Positions 13,076-28,200 of a stretch of DNA of 64,000 nt are shown here, piece after piece (within the stretch, counting starts at the first letter, position 1; every line of letters begins with the position of its first letter). The DNA is from the human T2T-CHM13v2.0 reference genome, Homo sapiens. The stretch lies in assembly GCF_009914755.1 (NCBI RefSeq), contig NC_060933.1; one strand, given 5' to 3'. The notes below the pieces were generated by a model. It was not told where the DNA came from and searched no databases. It was given only the letters and a program-made list of their open reading frames with translations. A program made the translations under genes and the position numbers.

Positions 13076-16000
13076 TGGAATGGAATGGAATGCAATGGAA
13101 TGGAATCATCCGGAATGGAATGGAATGGAATGGAATGGAATGCAAAGCAATCGAATCAACTCGATTGCAATGGAATGGAATGGAATGGAAAGGAATACAT
13201 TGGAATCAACCCGAGTGGAATGGAATGGAAAGGACTGGAATGGAGTGGAATGGAATGGAATGGAATGGAATGGAATCAACTCGATTGGAATGGAATGGAA
13301 TGGAATGGAATGGAATGGAATTAACCCGAATAGAATGGAATGGAATGGAATGGAACGGATCGGATTGGAATGGAATGGAATGGAATGGAAGGGAATGGAA
13401 TGGAATGGAAACAACCCGACTGCAGGGGAATGGAATGGAATGGAATGGAATGGAAGGATACGGAATAGAATGGAATGGAACGAAATGGAATGGAATGGAA
13501 TGGAATGGAATGGAATGGAATGGAATGGAATCGTTCCGAGTGGAATAGGAGGGAATGTATTCGAGTGGAATGGAAAGGAATGGAATCAACCAGAGTGGAA
13601 TGGAAGTTAATGGAATGGAATGGAAACTAATAGAATGGCATCAACCCGAGTGGAATGGAATGGAAAGGACTGGAATGGAATGGAATGGAATGGAATCAAC
13701 TCGATTGTAATGGAATGGAATGGAATGGAATGGAATGGAATGGAATGGAATGGAATGGAATGGAATTAACCCGAATACAATGCAATGGAATGGGATGGAA
13801 CGGAATGGATTGGAATGGAATGGAATCAACCCGAGTGCAGGGGAATGGAATGGAATGGAATTCAATGGAATGGAATCATCCGGAATGGAATGGAATGGAA
13901 TGGAATGGAATGGAATGGAATCAACCCGAGTGCAATGGAATGGAGAGGAATGGAATGGAATGGAATGGAAACTACCCGAATGGAATGGAATGTAATGGAG
14001 TGTAAGGGAATTGAATAGAATGAATCCGAATGGAATGGAATGGAATGGAAAGGAATGGAATGGAATGGAATGAAATGCAATGCCATGGAATCAACCCGAG
14101 TGCAATCGAATGGAATCGAATGGAATGTAATGCAATGGAATGGATTCAACTTGAATGGAATGGAAAGAATGGAATCAACACGAGTGGAATGGCATGGATT
14201 GGAATGGAATGGAATGGAATCAACCAGAGTACAGGGGAATGGAATGGAATGGAATGCAATGGAATGGAATCAACCCGAGTACAATGGAATGGAATGGAAT
14301 GGAATGGAATGGAATGCAATGGATTCAACTCGATTGCAATGGAATGGAATAGAATGGAATGGAATGGAATGGAATGGAATTAAACCGAATAGAATGGAAT
14401 GGAATGGAATGGAACGGAACGGAACGGAACTGAACGGAACGGAACGGAGTGGAATGGAATGGAATGGAATTGTATGGAATGGAATGGAATGGTACGGAAT
14501 AGAATGGAATGGAATGAATTGGAATGGAATGGAATCGAATGGAATGGAATGGAATGGAATGGAATCAACCCGAGTGCAGTGGAATGTAATGGAACGGAAT
14601 GCAATGGAATGGAATCATCCGGAATGGAATGGAATGGAATGGAATGGAATGGAATGGAATGGAATCAACCCGAGTGCAATGGAATGGAGTGGAATGGAAT
14701 GGAATGGAATGGAACAACCCGAATGGAATGGAATGTAATGGAGAGTAAGGGAGTTGAATAGAATCAATCCGAATGTAATGTAATGGAACGGAATGGAAGG
14801 GAACGGAATGGAATAGAATGGAATGGAATGGAATCAACCCGAGTACAATGGAACGGAATGGAATGGAATGGAACGGAATGGAATGGAATGGAATGCAATG
14901 GTATCAACCCGAGTGCAATGGAATGGAGAGGAATGGAATGGAATGGAATGGAAACTACCCGAATGGAATGGAATGTAATGGAGTGTAAAGGAATTGAATA
15001 GAATCAATCCGAATGGAATGGAATGGAATGGAACGGAATGTAATGGAATGTAATGGAATGGAACCAACCCGAGTGCAGGGGAATGGAATGGAATGGAATG
15101 CAATGGAATGGAATCATCCGGAAAGGAATGGAATGGAATGCAATGGAATGGAATCAACCCGAGTACAATGGAATGGAATGGAATGGAATGGAATGGAATG
15201 GAATGGAATGGAATGCCTTCAAACCTAATGGAATGGAAAGGAATGGAATCAACACGAGTGGAATGGAATGGAATGGAATGGAATGGAATGGAATGGAAAG
15301 GAATGGAATCAACCCGAGTACAATGGAATGGAATGGAATGGAATGGAATGGAATGGAATGGAATGGAATGGAATGGAATGGAATGGAATCGTTCCGAGTG
15401 GAATAGGAGGGAATGTATTCGAGTGGAATGGAAAGGAATGGAATCAGCAGAGTGGAATGGAAGGGAATAGAATGGAATGGAAACTAATAGAATGGAATCA
15501 ACCCGAGTGGAATGGAATGGAAAAGACTGGAATGGAATGGAATGGAATGGAATGGAATGGAATCAACTCGATTGTAATGGAATGGAATGGAATGGAATGG
15601 ACTGGAATGGAATGGAATTAACCCGAATACAATGGAATGGAATGGAATGGAACGGAACGTAACGGAACGGAATGAAATGGAATGGAATGGAATGCAATGG
15701 AATGGAATCAACCCGACTGCAGGGGAATGGAATGGAATGGAAAGCAATGGAATGGATTCAACTTGAATGGAATGGAAAGAATGGAATCAACACGAGTGGA
15801 ATGGCATGGATTGGAATGGAATGGAATGGAATCAACCCGAGTACAGGGGAAAGGAATGGAATGGAATGCAATGGAATGGAATCATCCGTAATGGAATGGA
15901 AAGGAATGGAATGGAATGGAATGGAATGGAATGGAATCAACTCGATTGCAATCGAATGGAATGGAATGGAATTAACCCGAATAGAATGGAATGGAATGGA

Positions 16001-17089
16001 ATGGAACGGAACGGAACGGAACGGAATGGAATGGAATGGAATGGAATGGAATGGAATGGAACGGAAAGGAATGGAATGGAATGGAATGGAATGGAATGGA
16101 ATGGAATGGAATCAACGCGAGTGCAGGGGAATGGAATGGAATGGAATGCAATGGAATGGAATCTTCCGGAATGGAATGGAATGGAATGGAATGCAATGGA
16201 ATGGAATAATCCTTAATGGAATGGAAAGGAATGGAATGGAATGGAATGGAATGGAATGGAATGGAATGGAATCAACTCGATTGCAATCGAATGGAATGGA
16301 ATGGAATTAAACCGAATAGAATGGAATGGAATGGAATGGAACGGAACGGAATGGAATGGAATGGAATGGAATGGAACGGAACGGAACGGAACGGAACGGA
16401 ATGGAATGGAATGGAATGGAATGGAATGGAATGGAATGGAATGGAATCAACGCGAGTGCACGGGAATGGAATGGAATGGAATGCAATGGAATGGAATCTT
16501 CCGGAATAGAATGGAATGGAATGGAATGGAATGAAATGCAATGGATTCAACTCGATTGCAATGGAATGGAATAGAATGGAATGGAATGGAATGGAATGGA
16601 ATTAACCCGAATAGAATGGAATGGAATGCAATGGAACGGAATGGAACGCAATGGAATGGAATGGAATGCAATGGAATGGTATGGAATGGAATGGAATGGT
16701 ACGGAATAGAATGGAATGGAACGAATTGTAATGGAATGGAATTGAATGGAATGGAATGGAATGGAATGGAATCAACGTGAGTGCAGGGGAATGTAATGGA
16801 ATGGAATGCAATGGAATGGAATCATCCGGAATGGAATGGAATGGAATGGAATGGAATGGAATCAACCCGAGTGCAATAGAATGGAGTGGAATGGAATGGA
16901 ATGGAATGGAACAACCCGAATGGAATGGAATGTAATGGAGAGTAAGGGAGTTGAATAGAATCAATCCGAATGTAATGGAATGGAATGCAACGGAATGGAA
17001 TGGAATGGAATGGAATGGAATGCAATGGAATGGAATCAACCCGAGTACAATGGAATGGAATGGAATGGAATGGAATGGAATGGAATGGA

Positions 17090-19450
17090 ATCAACCCGAG
17101 TGGAACGGCATGGAATGGAATGCAATGGAATGGAATGGAATGGAATCAACTCGAGTGGAAAGGAATGGAATGGAATGGAAAGGAATGGAATGAAATCAAC
17201 TCGAGTGGAATGGAATGAAATGGAATGGATTGGAATGGATTGCAATGGAATGAAATGTAATGGAATGGAATGGAATCAATCATTCCGAGTGGAATGGAAG
17301 GGAATGTAATGGAGTGGAAAGAAGGGAATGGAATCAACCCGAGTGGAATGCAAGGCAATGGAATGGAATGGAAAGGAATGGAATGGAATCAACTCGATTG
17401 CAATGGAAAGGAATGGAATGGAATGGAATGGAAAGGAATGGAATGGAATGAAATGGAATGGAATGGAATGCAATGGAATGGAATCAACCCGAGAGCAATC
17501 GAATGGAATCGAATGGAATGGAATGCAATGGAATGGATTCAACTTTAATGGAATGGAAAGAATGGAATCAACACGAGTGGAATGGCATGGATTGCAATGG
17601 AATGGAATGGAATCAACCCGAGTACAGGGGAACGGAATGGAATGCAATGGAATGGAATCATCCGTAATGGAATGGAAAGGAATGGAATGGAATGGAATGG
17701 AATGGAATGGAATGGAATGGAATCAACTCGATTGAAATCGAATGGAATGGAATGGAATTAACCCGAATAGAATGGAATGGAATGGAATGGAACGGAACGG
17801 AACGGAATGGAATGGAATGGAATGGAATGGAATGGAATTAACCAGAATAGAATGGAATGGAATGGAATGGAACGGAATGGAATGGAATGGAAGGGAATGG
17901 AATCAACACGAGTGCAGGGGAATGGAATGGAATGGAATGCAATGGAATGGAATCATCCGGAATGGAATGGAATGGAATGAAATCAACTCCATTGCAATGG
18001 AATGGAATGGAATGGAATGGAATGGAATAGAATGGAATGGAATTAACCCGAATAGAATGGAATGCAATAGAATGGAATGGAACGGAACCGAATGGAGTGG
18101 AATGGAATGGAATGGAATCAACCTGAGTGCAGGGGAATGGAATGGAATGGAATGCAATGGAATGGAATCATCCGGAATGGATTGGAATGGAATGGAATGG
18201 AATCAAACCGAGTGCAATGGAATGGAGTGAAATGGAATGGAATGGAATGGAAACAACCAGAATGGATTGGAATATAATGGAGTGTAAGGGAATTGAATAG
18301 AATCAATCTGAATGTAATGAAATGCAATGGAAAGGAATGGAATGGAATGGAATGGAATCGAATGGAATGAAATGGAATGGAATCAACCCGAGTGCAATGG
18401 AATGGATTCGAATGGAATGGAATGGAGTGGAATGGATTCAACCCGAATGGAATGGAAAGGAATGGATTCAACCCGAGTGGAATGGCATGGAATGGAATGG
18501 AATGGAATGGAATGGAATGGTTCGGAATAGAATGGATTGGAACAAAATGGAATGGAATGGAATGGAATGGAATGGAATGGAATGGAATGGAATGGAATGG
18601 AATCAAGTCGATTGCAATGGAATGGAATGGAATGGAATGGAACGGATTGGAATGGAATGGAATGGAATGGAATGGAATGGAATGAAATGGAATGGAATGG
18701 AATGGAATGGAATCAACCTGAGTGCAGGGGAATGGAATGGAATGGAATGCAATGGAATGGAATGGAATGGAATGCAATGGAATGGAATGGAATGGAATCA
18801 ACCCGAGTGGAATGGCATGGAATGGAATGCAATGGAATGGAATGGAATGGAATCAACTCGAGTGGAAAGGAATGGAATGGAATGGAAAGGAATGGAATGA
18901 AATCAACTCGAGTGGAATGGAATGGAATGGAATGGATTGGAATGGATTGCAATGGAATGAAATGGAATGGAATGGAATGGAATCAATCATTCCGAGTTGA
19001 ATGGAAGGGAATGTAATGGAGTGGAAAGAAGGGAATGGAATCAACCCGAGTGGAATGCAAGGCAATGGAATGGAATGGAAAGGAATGGAATGGAATCAAC
19101 TCGATTGCAATGGAAAGGAATGGAATGGAATGGAATGGAAAGGAATGGAATTGAATGAAATGGAATGGAATGGAATGCAATGGAATGGAATCAACCCGAA
19201 TGCAATCGAATGGAATCGAATGGAATGGAATGCAATGGAATGGATTCAACTTGAATGGAATGGAAAGAATGGAATCAACACGAGTGGAATGGCATGGATT
19301 GGAATGGAATGGAATGGAATCAACCCGAGTACAGGGGAATGGAATGGAATGCAATGGAATGGAATGGAATCAACTCGATTGAAATCGAATGGAATGGAAT
19401 GGAATTAACCCGAATAGAATGGAATGGAATGGAATGGAACGGAACGGAAC
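17090..19450 (+). repeat. Direct repeat of a ~0.6-0.7 kb block at offset 1707 (17.09-17.8 kb and 18.8-19.45 kb)
   Basis: The block caactcgagtgg x2, caatcattccgag, ggagtggaaagaaggg, gcaaggcaatgg and cgattgaaatcg appears twice. ORFs 17146..17358 and 18853..19065 are near-identical. A third partial copy lies at ~58.73-59.04 kb. Confidence 0.85.
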
Positions 19451-22400
19451 GGAATGGAATGGAATGGAATGGAATGGAATGGAATGGAATGGAATGGAAT
19501 GGAACGGAAAGGAATGGAATGGAATGGAATGGAATGGAATGGATTGGAATGGAATGGAATGGAATGGAATCAACGCGAGTGCAGGGGAACGGAATGTAAT
19601 GGAATGCAATGGAATGGAATCTTCCGGAATGGAATGGAATGGAATGGAATAAACCCGAGTGCAATGGAATGGATTGGAATGGAATGGAATGGAATGGAAC
19701 AACCAGAATGGAATCGAATGTAATGGAGAGTAAGGGAGTTGAATAGAATCAATCCGAATGTAATGGAATGGAATGGAACGGAACGGAATGGAATGGAATG
19801 GAATGGAATGCAATGGAATGGAATCAACAAGAGTACAATGGAATGGAATGGAATGGAAAGGAATGGAATGGAAAGGAATGGAATGGAATGGAATGGAATG
19901 GAATGGAATGGAATGGAATGGAATCAACCCGAGTGCAATGGAATAGAGAGGAATGGAATGGAATGGAATGGAAACTACCCGAATGGAATGGAATGTAATG
20001 AAGTGTAAGGGAATTGAATAGAATAAATCCGAATAGAATGGAATGTAATGGAACCGAATGTAATGTAATGGAATGGAATGGAATCAACACGAGTGCAGGG
20101 GAATGGAATGGAATGGAATGCAATGGAATGGAATCATCCGGAATGGAATGGAATGGAATGGAATGGAATCAACCCGAGTGCAATTGAATGGAGTGAAATG
20201 GAATGGAATGGAATGGAAACAACCAGAATGGATTGGAATATAATGGAGTGTAAGGGGATTGAATAGAATCAATCTGAATGTAATGAAATGGAATGGAACG
20301 GAATGGAATGGAATGGAATGGAATGGAATGGAATGCAATGGAATGGAATCAACCCGAGTGCAATCGAATGGAATCGAATGGAATGGAATGCAATGGAATG
20401 GATTCAACTTGAATGGAAAGGAAAGAATGGAATCAACACGAGTGGAATGTCATGGATTGGAATGGAATGGAATGGAATCAACCCGAGTACAGGGGAATGG
20501 AATGGAATGGAATGCAATGGAATGGAATCATCCGTAATGGAATGGAAAGGACTGCAATGGAACGGAATGGAATGGAATGGAATGGAATGGAATCAACTCG
20601 ATTGCAATCGAATGGAATGGAATGGAATTAACCCGAATAGAATGGAATGGAATGGAATGGAACGGAACGGAATGGAATGGAATGGAATGGAATGGAACGG
20701 AAAGGAATGGAATGGAATGGAATGGAATGGAATCAACGCGAGTGCTGGGGAATGTAATGGAACGGAATGCAATGGAATCATCCGGAATGGAATGGAATGG
20801 AATGGAATGGAATCAACCCGAGTGCAATGGAATGGAGTGGAATGGAATGGAATGGAATGGAACAACCCGAATGAAATGGAATGTAATGGAGAGTAAGGGA
20901 GTTGAAAAGAATCAATCCGAATGGAATGGAATGGAATGGAACCGAATGGAATGGAATGGAATGGAATGGAATGGAATGCAATGGAATGGAATCAACCCGA
21001 GTACAATGTAATGGAATGGAATGGAATGGAATGGAATGGAATGGAATGCAATGGAATGGAATCTTCCGGAATGGCATGGAATGGAATGGAATGGAATGGA
21101 ATGGAATGGAATGCAATGGATTCAACTCGATTGCAATGGAACGGAATGTAATGGAATGGAATTAAACCGAATAGAATGGAATGGAATGGAATGGAACGGA
21201 ACGGAACAGAACGGAACGGAACAGAGTGGAATGGAGTGGAATGGAATTGTATGGAATGGAATGGAATGGTACGGAATAAAATGGAATGGAAAGAATTGGA
21301 ATGGAATGGAATCGAATGGAATGGAATGGAATGGAATGGAGTCAACCCGAGTGCAGGGGTATGCAATGGAACGGAATGAAATGGAATGGAATCTTCCGGA
21401 ATGGAATGGAATGGAATGGAATGGAATGCAATGGAATGCAATGGAATGGAATCAACCCGACTGCAATCGAATGGAATCGAATGGAATGGAATGCAATGGA
21501 ATGGATTCAACTTGAATGGAATGGAAAGAATGGAATCAACACGAGTGGAATGGCATGGGATGGAATGGAATGGAATGGAATCAACCCGAGTACAGGGGAA
21601 TGGAATGCAATGGAATGCAATGGAATGGAATCATCCGTAATGGAATGGAAAGTAATGGAATGGAATGGAATGGAATGGAATGGAATGGAATGGAATGGAA
21701 TGGAATCAACTCGATTGCAATCGAATGGAATGGAATGGAATTAACCCGAATAGAATGGAATGGAATGGAATGGAACGGAACGGAATGGAATGGAATGGAA
21801 TGGAATGGAATGGAATGGAATGGAACGGAACGGAATGGAATGGAATGGAATGGAATGGAATGGAATGGAATGGAATCAAAGCGAGTGCAGGGGAATGGAA
21901 TGGAATGGAATGCAATGGAATGGAATCTTCCGGAATGGAATGGAATTGAATGGAATGGAATGAAATGCAATGGATTCAACTCGATTGCAATGGAATGGAA
22001 TAGAATGGAATGGAATGGAATGGAATGGAATTAATCCGAATAGAATGGAATGGAATGGAATGGAACGGAATAGAACCGAATGGAATGGAATGGAATGGAA
22101 TGGAATGGAATGGTATGGAATGGAATGGAATGGTACGGAATAGAATGGAATGGAAAGAACTGTAATGGAATGGGATTGAATGGAATGGAATGGTATGGAA
22201 TGGAATCAACGCGAGAGCAGGGGAATGTAATGGAACGGAATGCAATGGAATGGAATCATCCGGAATGGAATGGAATGGAAAGGAATGGAATGGAATGGAA
22301 TCAACCCGAGTGAAATGGAATGGAATGGAATGGAATGGAATGGAATGGAACAACCCGAATGGAATGGAATGTAATGGAGAGTAAGGGAGTTGAATAGAAT

Positions 22401-25274
22401 GAATCCGAATGTAATGGAATGGAATGCAACGGAATGGAATGGAATGGAATGGAATGGAATGCAATGGAATGGAATCAACCCGAGTACAATGGAATGGAAT
22501 GGAATGGAATGGAATGGAATGGAATGGAATGGAATGGAATGGAATGGAATGGAATGGAATGATACGGAATAGAATGGAATGGAACGAAATGGAATGGAAT
22601 GGAATGGAATGGATTGGAATGGAATGGAATGGAATCGTTCCGAGTGGAATAGGAGGGAATGTATTCGAGTGGAATGGAAAGGAATGGAATCAACCAGATT
22701 GGAATGGAAGGGAATGGAATGGAATGGAAACTAATAGAATGGAATCAACCCGAGTGGAATGGAATGGAAAGGACTGGAATGGAATGGAATCAACTCGATT
22801 GTAATGGAATGGAATGGAATGGAATGGAATGGAATGGAATGGAATTAACCCGAATACAATGGAATGGAATGGAATGGAACGGAATGGAGTGGAATGGAAT
22901 GGAATCAACCCGAGTGCAGGGGATTAGAATGGTATGGAATGCAACGGAATGGAATCATCCGGAATGGAATGGAATGGAATGGAATGCAAAGCAATGGAAT
23001 CAACTCGATTGCAATGGAATGGAATGGAATGGAAAGGAATACATTGGAATCAACCCGAGTGGAATGGAATGGAAAGGAGTGGAATGGAGTGGAATGGAAT
23101 GGAATGGAATGGAATGGAATCAACTCGATTGGAATGGAATGGAATGTAATGGAATGGAATGGAATTAACCCGAAGAGAATGGAGTGGAATGGAATGTAAC
23201 GGAACGGAATGGAATGGAATGGAATGGAATGGAATGCAATGGAATGGATTCAACTTGAATGGAATGGAAAGAATGGAATCAACACGAGTGGAATGGCATG
23301 GATTGGAATGGAATGGAATAGAATCAACCCGATTACAGGGGAATGGAATGGAATGGAATGCAATGGAATGGAATCATCCGTAATGGAATGGAAAGGAATA
23401 TAATGGAATGGAATGGAATGGAATGGAATCAACTCGATTGCAATCAAATGGAATGGAATGGAATTAAACCGAATAGAATGGAATGGATTGGAATGGAATG
23501 GAACGGAACGGAATGGAATGGATTGGAATGGAATGGAATGGAATGGAATGGAACGGAAAGGGATGGAATGGAATGGAATGGAATGGAATGGAATGGAATG
23601 GAATCAACGCGAGTGCAGGGGAATGGAATGGAATGGAATGCAATGGAATGGAATCTTCCGGAATGGAATGGAATGGAATGGAATGGAATGGAATGGAATG
23701 GAATAAACCCGAGTGCAATGGAATGGAGTGGAATGGAATGGAATGGAATGGAACAACCCGAATGGAATGGAATGGAATGGAGAGTAAGGGAGTTGAATAG
23801 AATCAATCCGAATGTAATGGAATGGAAGGGAATGGAATGGAATGGAATGGAATGGAATGGAATGGAATGCAATGGAATGGAATCAATCCGAGTGCAATCG
23901 AATGGAATCGAATGGAATGGAATGCAATGGAATGGATTCAACTTGAATGGAATGGAAAGAATGGAATCAACACGAGTGGAATGGCATGGATTGGAATAGA
24001 ATGGAATGGAATCAAACCGAGTACAGGGGAATGGAATGGAATGGAATGCAATGGAATGGAATCATCCGTAATGGAATGGAAAGGAATGGAATGGAATGGA
24101 ATGGAATGGAATGGAATGGAATCAACTCGATTGCAATCGAATGGAATGGAATGGAATTAACCCGAATAGAATGGAATGGAATGGAATGGAACGGAACGGA
24201 ATGGAATGGAATGGAATGGAACGGAATGGAACGGAATGGAATGGAATGGAATGGAATGGAATGGAATGGAATCAACGCGAGTGCAGGGGAATGGAATGGA
24301 ATGGAATGCAATGGAATGGAATCTTCCGGAATGGAATGGAATGGAATGAAATGCAATGGATTCAACTCGATTGCAATGGAATGGAATAGAATGGAATGGA
24401 ATGGAATGGAATGGAATGGAATGGAATGGAATGGAATGATACGGAATAGAATGGAATGGAACGAAATGGAATGGAATGGAATGGAATGCAATGGAATGGA
24501 ATGGAATGGAATGGAATGGAATCGTTCCGAGTGGAATAGGAGGGAATGTATTCGAGTGGAATGGAAAGGAATGGAATCAACCAGAGTGGAATGGAAGGGA
24601 ATGGAATGGAATGGAAACTAATAGAATGGAATCAACCCGAGAGGAATGGAATGGAAAAGACTGGAATGGAATGGAATGGAATGGAATCAACTCGATTGTA
24701 ATGGAATGGAATGGAATGGAATGGAATTAACCCGAATAGAATGGAATGGAATGGAATGGAATGGAACGGAAACTACCCGAATGGAATGGAATGTAATGGA
24801 GTGTAAGGGAATTGAATAGAATCAATCCGAATGTAATGGAATGGAATGGAATGGAATGGAATGGAATGGAATGGAATGGAATGGAATGCAATGGAATGGA
24901 ATCAACCCGAGTGCAATCGAATGGAATCGAATGGAATGGAATGCAATGGAATGGATTCAACTTGAATGGAATGGAAAGAATGGAATCAACACGAGTGGAA
25001 TGGCATGGATTGGAATGGAATGGAATGGAATCAACCCGAGTACAGGGGAATGGAACGGAATGGAATGCAATGGAATGGAATCATCCGTAATGGAATGGAA
25101 AGGAATAGAATGGAATGGAATGGAATGGAATGGAATCAACTCGATTGCAATCGAATGGAATGGAATGGAATTAACCCGAATAGAATGGAATTGAATGGAA
25201 TGGAACGGAACGGAATGGAATGGAATGGAATGGAATGGAATGGAACGGAAAGGAATGGAATGGAATGGAATAGA

Positions 25275-28200
25275 ATGGAAGGGAATGGAATCAACGCGAG
25301 TGCAGGGGAATGGAATGGAATGGAATGCAGTGGAATGGAATCTTCCGGAACGGAATGGAATGGAATGGAATGGAATTTAATGGAATAGAATGGAATCAAC
25401 CCGAGTGCAATGGAATGGAGTGGAATGGAATGGAATGGAATGGAACAACCCGAATGGAATGGAATGTAATGGAGAGTAAGGGAGTTGAATAGAATCAATC
25501 CGAATGTAATGGAATGGAATGGAACGGAATGGAATTGAATGGAATGGAATGGAATGCAATGGAATGGAATCAACCCGAGTGCAATGGAATGGAGAGGAAT
25601 GGAATGGAATGGAATGGAAACTACCCGAATGGAATGGAATGTAATGGAGTGTAAGGGAATTGAATAGAATCAATCCGAATGTAATGGAATGGAATGGAAT
25701 GGAATGGAATGGAATGGAATGGAATGGAATGGAATGCAATGGAATGGAATGGAATGCAATGGAATGGAATCAACCCGAGTGCAATTGAATGGAATCGAAT
25801 GGAATGGAATGCAATGGAATGGATTCAACTTGAATGGAATGGAAAGAATGGAATCAACACAAGTGGAATGGCATGGATTGGAATGAAATGGAATGGAATC
25901 AACCCGAGTACAGGGGAATGGAATGGAATGGAATGCAATGGAATGGAATCATCCGTAATGGAATGGAAAGGAATAGAATGGAATGGAATGGAATGGAATG
26001 GAATGGAATGGAATCAACTCGATTGCAATCGAATGGAATGGAATGGAATTAACCCGAATAGAATGGAATGGAATGGAATGGAACGGAACGTAATGGAATG
26101 GAATGGAATGGAATGGAATGGAATGGAACGGAACGGAATGGAATGGAATGGAATGGAATGGAATCAACGCGAGTGCAGGGGAATGGAATGGAATGGAATG
26201 CAATGGAATGTAATCTTCCGGAATGGAATGGAATGGAATGGAATGGAATGGAATGGAATGGAATCAACCCGAGTGCAATGGAATGGAGTGGAATGGAATG
26301 GAATGGAATGGAACAACCCGAATGGAATGGAATATAATGGAGAGTAAGGGAGTTGAATAGAATCAATCCGAATGTAATGGAATGGAATGGAACGGAATGG
26401 AATTGAATGGAATGGAATGGAATGCAATGGAATGGAATCAACCCGAGTGCAATGGAATGGAGAGGAATGGAATGGAATGGAATGGAATGGAATGGAATGG
26501 AATGGAATGGAATGGAATCACCTCGAGTGCAGGGGAATGGAATGGAATGGAATGCAATGGAATGGAATCTTCCGGAATGGAATGGAATGGAATGGAATGG
26601 AATGGAATGGAATGGAATGAAATGCAATGGATTCAACTCGATTGCAATGGAATGGAATAGAATGGAATGGAATGGAATGGAATGGAATTAATCCGAATAG
26701 AATGGAATGGAATGGAATGGAATGGAATGGAATGGAATGGAATGGTATGGAATGGAATGGAATGGTACGGAATAGAATGTAATGGAACGGAATGCAATGG
26801 AATGGAATCATCCGGAATGGAATGGAATGGAATGGAATCAACCCGAGTGCAATGGAATGGAGTGGAATGGAATGGAATGCAATGGAACAACCCGAATGGA
26901 ATGTAATGTAATGGAGAGTAAGGGAGTTTAATAGAATCAATCCGAATGTAATGGAATGGAATGCAACGGAATGGAGTGGAATGGAATGGAATGGTATGCA
27001 ATGGAATTGAATCAACCGGAGTACAATGGAATGGAATGGAATGGAATGGAATGGAATGGAATGGAATGGAATGGAATGGAATGGAATGGAATGATACGGA
27101 ATGGAATGGAATGGAACGAAATGGCATGGAATGGAATGGAATGGAATGGAATGGAATGGAATCGTTCCGAGGGGAATAGGAGGGAATGTATTCGAGTGGA
27201 ATGGAAAGGAATGGAATCAACCAGAGTGGAATGGAAGGGAATGGAATGGAATGGAAACTAATAGAATGGAATCAACCCGAGTGGAATGGAATGGAAAGGA
27301 CTGGAATGGAATGGAATGGAATGGAATCAACTCGATTGTAATGGAATGGAATGGAATGGAATGGAATGGAATTAACCCGAATACAATGGAATGGAATGGA
27401 ATGGAACGGAATGGAGTGGAATGGAATGGAATCAACCCGAGTGCAGGGGAATGGAATGGAATGGAATGCAATGGAATGGAATCATCCGGAATGGAATGGA
27501 ATGGAATGGAATGCAAAGCAATGGAATCAACTCGATTGCAATGGAATGGAATGGAATGGAAAGGAATACATTGGAATCAACCCGACTGGAATGGAATGGA
27601 AAGGACTGGAATGGAGTGGAATGGAATGGAATGGAATGGAATGGAATCAACTCGATTAGAATGGAATGGAATGGAATGGAATGGAATGGAATGGAATGGA
27701 ATTAACGCGAATAGAATGGAATGGAATGGAATGGAACGGAACGGAATGGAATGGAATGGAATGGAATGGAATGGAATGGAATGGAATGGAAACAACCCGA
27801 CTGCAGGGGAATGCAATGGAATGGAATGCAATGGAATGGATTCAACTTGAATGGAATGGAAAGAATGGAATCAACACGAGTGGAATGGCATGGATTGGAA
27901 TGGAATGGAATGGAATCAACCCGAGTACAGGGGAATGGAATGGAATGGAATGCAATGGAAAGGAATCTTCCGTAATGGAATAGAAAGGAATGGAATGGAA
28001 TGGAATGGAATGGAATCAACTCGATTGCAATTGAACGGAATGGAATGGAATTAACCCGAATAGAATGGAATGGAATGGAATGGAACGGAACGGAAAGGAA
28101 TGGAATGGAATGGAATGGAATGGAATGGAATGGAATGGAATCAACGCAAGTGCAGGGGAATGGAATGGAATGGAATGCAATGGAATGGAATCTTCCGGAA

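Noticed and set aside
14411-14450. (GGAAC)n runs as a separate microsatellite
   Set aside because: These are short (2-7 unit) slippage expansions of a T>C variant pentamer at a fixed slot after ttaacccgaatag or ttaaaccgaatag, and are part of the unit grammar.
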